DNA of 13,898 nucleotides from Sulfurimonadaceae bacterium. GTDB taxonomy: Bacteria > Campylobacterota > Campylobacteria > Campylobacterales > Sulfurimonadaceae. The position numbers and the translations under genes were made by a program. A model generated the notes under the pieces. That model ran no database searches, was not told the DNA's origin, and was given only the letters and a program-made list of their open reading frames with translations. The DNA lies in contig JBFESZ010000050.1 in the NCBI GenBank assembly GCA_041548245.1, positions 1 to 13,898 of the forward strand, given 5' to 3'. Each line of letters begins with the position of its first letter. Position 1 is the first letter of the stretch. Positions 7,301 to 13,898 of this stretch are shown piece after piece.

Positions 7301-9403
7301 TTAATAAAATGTCTTGTTGTTTTTTGCCATATCTCGCAAGAGTTTCGCCGGTTCAAACCTCATTCCATGGTTTTTGGACAAAGACTCGAGCGTCATTACA
7401 ACATTTTGCGCGCCCAGTGAATCGGCATAACGCAACAGACCTCCCCTGAACGGTGGGAAGCCTGTCCCCATTACCATTGCCATGTCCAGATATTGCGCAT
7501 TTTCGACAATCCCCTCTTCCAGGCACATCGCAGCCTCATTGATCATGATCAGAAGTGCTCTGTCGATTATCTCCTGCTCGTCAAACCTACGTTTTGAGAA
7601 GACAAGCTTCACAACTTCTTCATTAACTTCACGTTTTTTACTGCCGTGAATATAGAACCCCTTTCCTGATTTTTTCCCAAGCAACTGCATCTGTTGATAC
7701 ACTCTATCAAGAATAGATGAAACTTTCATTCTCTCTCCATAAGCATCTTCAAGTACCTTGGCAACTTTATAACCGACATCAAGTCCGACTTCATCAGCCA
7801 AAACAAAAGGACCCATCGGCATACCAAAATCTGATATCAAGGCATCAATCTTTTCAAAATCGGCACCCTCTTCAAACATTCTTACCGCCTCATTGATATA
7901 AGGAAGCAAAATACGGTTTACTAAAAAGCCCGCACAGTCTCCTACAACGACAGGTGTTTTTCCAGCCTCCTTGGCAAGGGCAACCACCGTCGCTATGGTC
8001 CTGTCGGAGGTCATCTTACCTGGTATAATCTCAACAAGAGGCATTCGAGGCACAGGATTGAAAAAATGCATCCCTATAAATCGTTCAGGATGCTGCATCT
8101 TCTCACTAAGCATTGTAATGGACAAAGAAGACGTATTGGTCGCAATGATGGCCTTCTCGTCCATAATCTCTTCAAGCTGACCATAGAGTTCCTGTTTGGC
8201 CTTTGTATCCTCCACAATAGCTTCAAGCGCGAGGTCACAATTATTAAACCCGCTAAAGTCAGTTGTATAGGTAATATGTCCCATCCTCATGTTGACTTCA
8301 GCCGGAGTCAAACGATGGCGCTTGACAATCCCGTCATAGACTTTTTGGATCGATTTCAAGGCCTCTGTCGCCTGCTCATACCGACGAAGTTTCATCCGAA
8401 CGAGTTTTCCTATTTTAGAAAACTGAAACACTATTCCTGATCCCATCACGCCGGCACCGACAACGTTCATCAACCGCACCTGTAATGGATTGATTCTGCG
8501 TTTGACTCCACGTTCCTTCTTCAAGGCTTCAGAAGTATAAAATAGGGCTATAAGGTTTTTGCTAATGTCTGTGATGGCAAGCTTTGAAAAGGCTCTGGCC
8601 TCATATTCCAGCCCCTCTTCGACTTCTTTGTTCTGTGTCCTTTCCATCAGGTCCAGTACTGCTAGAGGCGCAGGATACTTGTTCTTTGTCTTTGCAGCAA
8701 CACTCTTACGGGCATAAGAGAAGACCAGTTTTGGAAGATAACGATCCATCAAAGAAGCTTTTTTCCGCTTTTTCACTATTTCATGTGGGTTATTCAAAAT
8801 AAGTTCAATAAAACTTTTTTGTTTGAACTCCAAATACCCCTGAGGAACACAAGCATCAACAACACCCAGTTTCTCAGCTTTTTTTCCATTTAATATCTTG
8901 CCGCCAAGAATCAACTCCAATGCTTTGGAGAGACCTGTAAGGTACTTTAATCGTTGTGTTCCTCCAAATCCAGGCAGAACACCCAAGTTGACTTCAGGCA
9001 AGCCTATCTTTGTTTTAGGACTTTCCGTACATAAACGGTAATCACAACACAGAGCCAATTCCAGGCCACCGCCCAAACACGCTCCGTCGATAACAGCCAG
9101 TGTGGGATAAGGAAGCGCTGAGATCTCGCTCAATATTTTTTGACCTTCACGGACTTTTTCATATGCCTCCTCTTCATCTCTTAAGTCTTCTATCTCAGAG
9201 ATGTCAGCACCCGCTATGAATATTCCGTCTTTCGCAGAGGTGATCTGAAGCAGCCTAATATCCTCAGCCTTTTTTATCTCTTGAAGTTTACTATCTAAAG
9301 TCCTTAATACATCCGAAGAAAGAATGTTGATAGCGGACTCTTCCAAATCCAGGCAGAGGGTTGCAATGCCATTATTGTCTACAGAAAAATCAAATGCTTT
9401 CAT
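7301..9403 (-). CDS. fadJ: Multifunctional fatty-acid oxidation complex alpha subunit (enoyl-CoA hydratase / 3-hydroxyacyl-CoA dehydrogenase), FadJ/FadB type, 700 aa
   Basis: Crotonase motifs FIAGADI, CLGGGLELAL and GLPEVNLGVLPGFGGTQRL. Dehydrogenase motifs GAGVMG, EAIVE, TNTSSL, GMHFFNP, GFLVNR and GMPMGP. The probable start is ATG 9403 (MKAF), overlapping the thiolase stop (TAATG) with GGAGG upstream, not 9451. fadJ versus fadB cannot be settled without a tree. Confidence 0.92.
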   Translation of the reverse strand: MKAFDFSVDNNGIATLCLDLEESAINILSSDVLRTLDSKLQEIKKAEDIRLLQITSAKDGIFIAGADISEIEDLRDEEEAYEKVREGQKILSEISALPYPTLAVIDGACLGGGLELALCCDYRLCTESPKTKIGLPEVNLGVLPGFGGTQRLKYLTGLSKALELILGGKILNGKKAEKLGVVDACVPQGYLEFKQKSFIELILNNPHEIVKKRKKASLMDRYLPKLVFSYARKSVAAKTKNKYPAPLAVLDLMERTQNKEVEEGLEYEARAFSKLAITDISKNLIALFYTSEALKKERGVKRRINPLQVRLMNVVGAGVMGSGIVFQFSKIGKLVRMKLRRYEQATEALKSIQKVYDGIVKRHRLTPAEVNMRMGHITYTTDFSGFNNCDLALEAIVEDTKAKQELYGQLEEIMDEKAIIATNTSSLSITMLSEKMQHPERFIGMHFFNPVPRMPLVEIIPGKMTSDRTIATVVALAKEAGKTPVVVGDCAGFLVNRILLPYINEAVRMFEEGADFEKIDALISDFGMPMGPFVLADEVGLDVGYKVAKVLEDAYGERMKVSSILDRVYQQMQLLGKKSGKGFYIHGSKKREVNEEVVKLVFSKRRFDEQEIIDRALLIMINEAAMCLEEGIVENAQYLDMAMVMGTGFPPFRGGLLRYADSLGAQNVVMTLESLSKNHGMRFEPAKLLRDMAKNNKTFY

Positions 9404-10692
9404 TATTCTACCTCCAAAATCAGTGATGCACCCTGTCCACCACCTATACATAAAGTAGCGAGACCTCTGTTCTTGCCTCTACGACGCAATTCTTTCAAAG
9501 TATGTATCACAAGACGTGTACCTGTCATACCGACAGGGTGTCCCAAGGCGACAGCACCACCATTGACATTGAAAGTACTCATATCTATGCTGCCCAATGC
9601 CTGACTTCGTCCAAAATGCTCTTTCGCATAGCTTTTAGAATCAAAGGCGACGACATTTGCCAAGGCTTGAACAGCGAAAGCCTCATTCATCTCTATTAGA
9701 TCAATATCCTTGAGACTCATTTTATACTTTCCGAACAGCTTGGCTGTCGCATATGAAGGTCCCATCCCCATACGTTTTGGTTCAAGACCGGCATAGGCGT
9801 AACGGCTCAAATACCCCAAAGGTTCGAGACCCATCGATTTAGCCTTGGATTCACTCATCAAAACAACAGCGGCTGCGGCATCTGAGACCTGCGATGAGTT
9901 ACCGGCCGTGACTGTTCCATTTTTTCTATCAAAGAATGGTCGCAGTTTTCCCAAGGCATCCATGCTCTGTCCAAAACGTATACCGTCATCATCTTCCATG
10001 ATTTTGCCTGCTTTGCTATCATAGACAAGCGGTGAGATCTCTTCTCTGAATATTCCGGCCTTTGTCGCTGCTTCAGCTTTTTTATGACTCTCCAGGGCGA
10101 ACCTGTCCTGCTCTTCTCTGCTTATTCCAAAATCCTGTGCCAAGACCTCAGCAGTTGAACCCATCATCAAACCGCTAACGGGATCTGTAAGCCCTTGCAT
10201 AAGGCCGATAATGGGTTTAATATATCGAAACCTAAAATGCGTAAGTGTATAAAGCTTTTCTGATATGCTCTTTGCTTTAAAGAGCGCTTCAAAGAGTTCT
10301 TTCATCTTGTCACTGTAAATCAAAGGGATATTGCTCATCGACTCCACGCCACCGGACATAAATATCTCACCCTGACCCGCTAATATCTTAGACGCAGCCG
10401 ATGTAATCGATTCCATACCTGATGCGCAGTTTCTGTGCACCGTGTAGGCTATGGTAGAATCCGGGAATCCTGCTTCCAAAGCAATCACACGTGCCACATT
10501 CGCTGCATGAGCAGGCTGCGAGACATTACCCATAATCACCTCATCGTACATCTCAAAGGGTATTCCCACTCTCAATGCCAGTTCCTGAACGATATGTGCA
10601 CCTAATCTCTCGGCATGGATATCTTTGAAGTTACCGCCTGCCTTTGCGATGGGAGTACGTATTCCATCTATTATTGCTATACGCTCTTTCAT
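9403..10692 (-). CDS. fadI: 3-ketoacyl-CoA thiolase (FadI/FadA type), 429 aa
   Basis: DGIRTP, RNCASG (nucleophile Cys), GGVESMS, VTAGNSSQVSD, NEAFA, GHPVGMTG and LCIGGGQG. The long loop after GGVESMS is FadI-like. The start overlaps the fadD stop (ATGA, 10689-10692). Confidence 0.93.
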   Translation of the reverse strand: MKERIAIIDGIRTPIAKAGGNFKDIHAERLGAHIVQELALRVGIPFEMYDEVIMGNVSQPAHAANVARVIALEAGFPDSTIAYTVHRNCASGMESITSAASKILAGQGEIFMSGGVESMSNIPLIYSDKMKELFEALFKAKSISEKLYTLTHFRFRYIKPIIGLMQGLTDPVSGLMMGSTAEVLAQDFGISREEQDRFALESHKKAEAATKAGIFREEISPLVYDSKAGKIMEDDDGIRFGQSMDALGKLRPFFDRKNGTVTAGNSSQVSDAAAAVVLMSESKAKSMGLEPLGYLSRYAYAGLEPKRMGMGPSYATAKLFGKYKMSLKDIDLIEMNEAFAVQALANVVAFDSKSYAKEHFGRSQALGSIDMSTFNVNGGAVALGHPVGMTGTRLVIHTLKELRRRGKNRGLATLCIGGGQGASLILEVE

Positions 10693-12425
10693 GATTCACT
10701 CCTGTAAAAGTTTTCTATCTCATGTTTGTATATCTCTTCGACCTTCTTGCGTGAGAGCTTCATCGACGGCGTCAAAATACCGCTTTCTATACTTACCTGG
10801 TCACTGACGATATAAAATTTCTGTATCTGTTCCCAATGATTCAATCTAAGGTTTAGTTTTTTGATGATGTTAAATACAATAGCCTGAATACGCTTGTGCT
10901 GTACCAACTCTTCGTATGTGAGTCCATCTAGTCGTTTACGTTCTGCAAAAGCTTGTAATAATGTCTCATCCATAAAAACCAAAGCTGATACAAAAGGTCT
11001 GCCATCAGCAATAATAATCGCATAATCTATCCATTTGTTCGCTGTTATCTCCTGCTCTATGGCGATTGCAGAAACATATTTTCCTGTTGATGTCTTAAAG
11101 AGCTCTTTTTTACGGCTGAGAATTGTAATGTATCCTTCATCATCAATTTCAGCCAGATCTCCTGTATGCAACCATCCTTCTTCATCAATCGTCTCTTTTG
11201 TCTTAAGAGGCTGCTGGTGATATCCAAGCATCATACTCTCCCCTCGCATCAGTAGTTCAGAATCTTCGGCCAGTTTGACTTCAACATGTGCATAAGCTTT
11301 TCCGCATGTTCCTACCTTATTCGCATCAGGTGTGTTCACGCATATGACAGGAGAAGTCTCGGTAAGGCCATAGCCTTGATAAAGAGGTACACCTATATTA
11401 TGAAAAAATCTGTATACCGCCATAGAGAGTGGTGCACCTCCGCTGATAAGATATTTCAGCTCCCCTCCGAGCGCATCTGTGAGTTTTGAATAGACCAGTT
11501 TTGCGAAGATCCTATCAAGGAAGTTCTCTTTATCCCTATTTGGGTCTTTATGGTTTGCCCTAGAAAAAGCCATCCAGGCCACCAACCATTTAAGACCTTT
11601 TGCTGCATGTGCGTTCTCATGCATCTTGATGTAAATTTTGTCCAATAGACGCGGTACCACCGTCATGACATTTGGCCTTATATCTTTTAACAGGTTGGCT
11701 ACATTTTTAACATCATCGGCAAAATAGATCGATGCACCCGTTGTAAGATAAAAACTCATAACCATACGTTCGAATATATGTGCCAAAGGAAGGAAGCTCA
11801 AGACTTTATAACTTTTTTCCATCGTAAAACATTCATGTGTGTCTTTGATTTGCGTGATGATGTTTAGGTGCGAAAGCTCAACACCTTTGGGAACACCTGT
11901 TGAGCCGCTAGTATAGATAATAGTTGCCAGATCATTAGGTGAGATATTTGGTCTTTCATAGGAGATATCCGCTGTTAAAAAATCATCCCACAATTCAATA
12001 TTGTTACCGCTGGCTTGAATATCTTTAAGCAGGACTAACTTCATGCTCTCCAGATAGGAAGCTATTTGATCGTATTTCTCCTGTGAAGCTATATAGGCGT
12101 ACTCAATTTGTGCATCTTTGAGTTCAAAGTTAAGGTTTTCTGAAGAGATATTGGCGAAGATGGGGACCGAGACAGCCCCCAAACATTGCAAGGCATAATC
12201 CACCATCAACCAGAAAGGTGAGGAGTCAGAGATAATGGCGACACTTGTGCCTTGAGATACACCCCGTTTTTGAAAAGCACTTGCCAAAGCATGAACCGAA
12301 CGGACAAACTCTGCAGAAGAGATACTTTTCCACTGAGCGTCTTCAAGATAGTTCAAATAGTTTTCATTGGCTATCTCGTTTTCAATATATTCAACAATTT
12401 CACAGAGGTTATTACATTCAAACAT
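10689..12425 (-). CDS. fadD: Long-chain fatty acid--CoA ligase (AMP-dependent synthetase), about 578 aa
   Basis: IIYTSGSTGVPKG P-loop, FLPLAHIFER, SGGAPL, QGYGLTETSP, WLHTGDL, RKKELFKTSTGKY and LTPSMK. ATG 12425, preceded by AAGGG, is preferred over TTG 12431. Confidence 0.93.
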   Translation of the reverse strand: MFECNNLCEIVEYIENEIANENYLNYLEDAQWKSISSAEFVRSVHALASAFQKRGVSQGTSVAIISDSSPFWLMVDYALQCLGAVSVPIFANISSENLNFELKDAQIEYAYIASQEKYDQIASYLESMKLVLLKDIQASGNNIELWDDFLTADISYERPNISPNDLATIIYTSGSTGVPKGVELSHLNIITQIKDTHECFTMEKSYKVLSFLPLAHIFERMVMSFYLTTGASIYFADDVKNVANLLKDIRPNVMTVVPRLLDKIYIKMHENAHAAKGLKWLVAWMAFSRANHKDPNRDKENFLDRIFAKLVYSKLTDALGGELKYLISGGAPLSMAVYRFFHNIGVPLYQGYGLTETSPVICVNTPDANKVGTCGKAYAHVEVKLAEDSELLMRGESMMLGYHQQPLKTKETIDEEGWLHTGDLAEIDDEGYITILSRKKELFKTSTGKYVSAIAIEQEITANKWIDYAIIIADGRPFVSALVFMDETLLQAFAERKRLDGLTYEELVQHKRIQAIVFNIIKKLNLRLNHWEQIQKFYIVSDQVSIESGILTPSMKLSRKKVEEIYKHEIENFYRSES

Positions 12426-12550
12426 ATCCAACCCTTAAGGTAAATATCTTTATCGCATTACATATTCTATCTCATTTATTTTACGATTCAAACATTTTTT
12501 AACTTTTTTGAATATTGAAATTTTATTTGTACATTTTATTTAAAGTTTGT

Positions 12551-12556
12551 ATTATA
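12551..12556 (-). promoter_or_regulatory. Candidate -10 element (TATAAT) for the fad operon
   Basis: Consensus hexamer on the minus strand about 125 nt upstream of fadD. An alternative TAGAAT lies at 12464-12469. The AT-rich context lowers specificity. Confidence 0.4.
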
Positions 12557-12574
12557 GAAATATCCTTATGCAGA

Positions 12575-12583
12575 TGCTATAAT
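12575..12583 (+). promoter_or_regulatory. Extended -10 promoter element (TGcTATAAT) for the CinA-like gene
   Basis: Exact TGnTATAAT match ending 34 nt before the GTG start at 12618. Confidence 0.7.
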
Positions 12584-12617
12584 TGCCAAAGACAGATATG
12601 CCAAACAGGGAGTAAAT

Positions 12618-13361
12618 GTGATACAAAAACCGAATTTTTATGCTGTTATCATCGGCACTGAAATATTAGACCGCCGCAGAGAGGACAAGCACTTTAATTA
12701 TCTGAGTAAAGCGCTTAAATCCAAAGGGTTTAGTCTTTTTGCCTCCTTTCTTATCAAAGATGACAGACAGCTCATCACAAAGACCTATGAGATGATCAAT
12801 GACGATCCTGTATCGATGATGTTCAGCTTTGGGGGTATAGGTTCTACACCTGATGACCTGACACGCCAGCTTAGTGCTGATGTCTTCTCCGATGGAAAGC
12901 TTTATCGACACCCTAAATTTGAGCAGGACATCATCAACCGTATGGGTGAAAAGGCCTATCCCCATCGCATCCAGATGTCTGATCTACCTAAGAATGCACA
13001 ACTTCTATTTAATCCTGTCAATAACATGTCGGGTTTTCATCTTCACGAACGTTTTTTCTTTATGCCAGGTTTTCCCGAGATGTCTCATCCTATGGTCGAT
13101 GAGATTCTTTCAAAATATATTCCCGAACCTGAAAAAATTTTCAATAAGAGCTTATTAGCCGAATGCGGTGAAGGAAACATACAGCATCTAATGGTGGATC
13201 TTCCTGCTCAGATTGAGCTCTCCTCTTTGCCTATGATGAATAATGGCAATCCAAAAGTCGAACTGAGATTGAGCTCTGCTGACGAGAAGTTGCTAAAGCT
13301 ACACTTTCAAATATTTACTGATTTTTTAAATCACGAAGCAATAGGATACGAACTCTTATGA
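12618..13361 (+). CDS. CinA-like / molybdopterin-binding-fold protein (COG1058 type; no C-terminal PncC domain), 247 aa
   Basis: VIIGTEIL...EDKH, GGIGSTPDDLTR and FMPGFP. GTG start with GGGAG RBS. Confidence 0.88.
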   Translation: MIQKPNFYAVIIGTEILDRRREDKHFNYLSKALKSKGFSLFASFLIKDDRQLITKTYEMINDDPVSMMFSFGGIGSTPDDLTRQLSADVFSDGKLYRHPKFEQDIINRMGEKAYPHRIQMSDLPKNAQLLFNPVNNMSGFHLHERFFFMPGFPEMSHPMVDEILSKYIPEPEKIFNKSLLAECGEGNIQHLMVDLPAQIELSSLPMMNNGNPKVELRLSSADEKLLKLHFQIFTDFLNHEAIGYELL

Positions 13362-13898
13362 GGTTTTCGCTTTTCTTTTTAGCCTTTATAGCTGTGATGG
13401 CTCTATTAAACCTTTACATCTATAGACGCTTCTTTCAAAAGCTGCATCCTCCCTTTAATCGCTATGCCTTTGTCATTCCTTCTGTCTTGATGTTAGGCGA
13501 ATTTTTCTTTGTCGTTGAAGCGATGACACATCTGCTTAAACAGAGCCCTGCTATCTATTTCTTGCTCTCGGCCTCGATTGGAATCACCTTTTTACTCTTT
13601 GTTACGGCACTTATCTATGACCTTAACCTTTCTCTGTTTAAACGTGTACCTTATCAGGAAAACCGTCGGAAGTTTATCAAGATCATCTTTGATACGACTA
13701 TGCTTATTTTAGCCTTTAGCTACTTTTTCAAAGGTCTGAAAGGAGGCCTATCTACTCCTATATTAAATACTATAGATATCAATATTCCCGGGTTTGGCGA
13801 AAAGGAATATGTACTGATTCAACTTAGCGATATCCACGTAGGAAAAACCATACAAAAATCCTTTGTTAGGGAGCTTGTACACAGAGTCAATGCTCAAC
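13358..13898 (+). CDS. Membrane-anchored metallophosphoesterase (calcineurin-like, YkuE-related), 3' end outside the window; absent from the ORF track
   Basis: ATG 13358 overlaps the upstream stop (ATGA) and the frame is open to the window end: MRFSLFFLAFIAVMALLNLY...NRRKFIK...IQLSDIHVGK...ELVHRVNAQ. Four hydrophobic segments are followed by the first metal-binding motif DxH (Asp codon 13829-13831). Confidence 0.88.
   Translation, partial: MRFSLFFLAFIAVMALLNLYIYRRFFQKLHPPFNRYAFVIPSVLMLGEFFFVVEAMTHLLKQSPAIYFLLSASIGITFLLFVTALIYDLNLSLFKRVPYQENRRKFIKIIFDTTMLILAFSYFFKGLKGGLSTPILNTIDINIPGFGEKEYVLIQLSDIHVGKTIQKSFVRELVHRVNAQ

Noticed and set aside
8066-8440. 124-aa plus-strand ORF, and the other 60-99 aa ORFs nested in larger genes
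   Set aside because: All overlap well-supported CDSs in other frames or strands and show no recognisable protein features.
9404-9451. ORF-track N-terminal extension of fadJ (MYRWWTG...)
   Set aside because: It lies inside the thiolase C-terminus; ATG 9403 has a GGAGG RBS and stop-start coupling.

Overview
Chromosomal housekeeping and metabolic region with no mobile element, RNA gene or CRISPR array visible. Extended -10 promoters (TGnTATAAT) and the style of the flanking genes suggest a Campylobacterota (Sulfurovum/Sulfurimonas-like) host, but this is inference. Left to right: the 3' part of a TgpA-like membrane transglutaminase-domain gene (+); a cytoplasmic parvulin PPIase made of two tandem PpiC domains with a near-identical internal DNA duplication (-); a 174-aa membrane protein of unknown function (+); a tightly coupled five-gene minus-strand lipid operon; then a divergent CinA/COG1058-type gene and a partial membrane-anchored metallophosphoesterase with an internal twin-arginine motif (+). 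The operon encodes acyl-CoA synthetase, thiolase, FadJ/FadB-type hydratase/dehydrogenase, FadE-type acyl-CoA dehydrogenase and a PlsC-like acyltransferase/alpha-beta hydrolase fusion. The best candidate for an undescribed system is this operon. Its 3-hydroxyacyl-CoA dehydrogenase has Leu-Arg-Arg where the NAD-selecting Asp normally sits (a possible NADP switch), and it ends in an acyltransferase-lipase fusion with a variant HxxxxE motif. Together these suggest lipid salvage/remodelling, NADPH-yielding oxidation or reverse flux rather than plain beta-oxidation.
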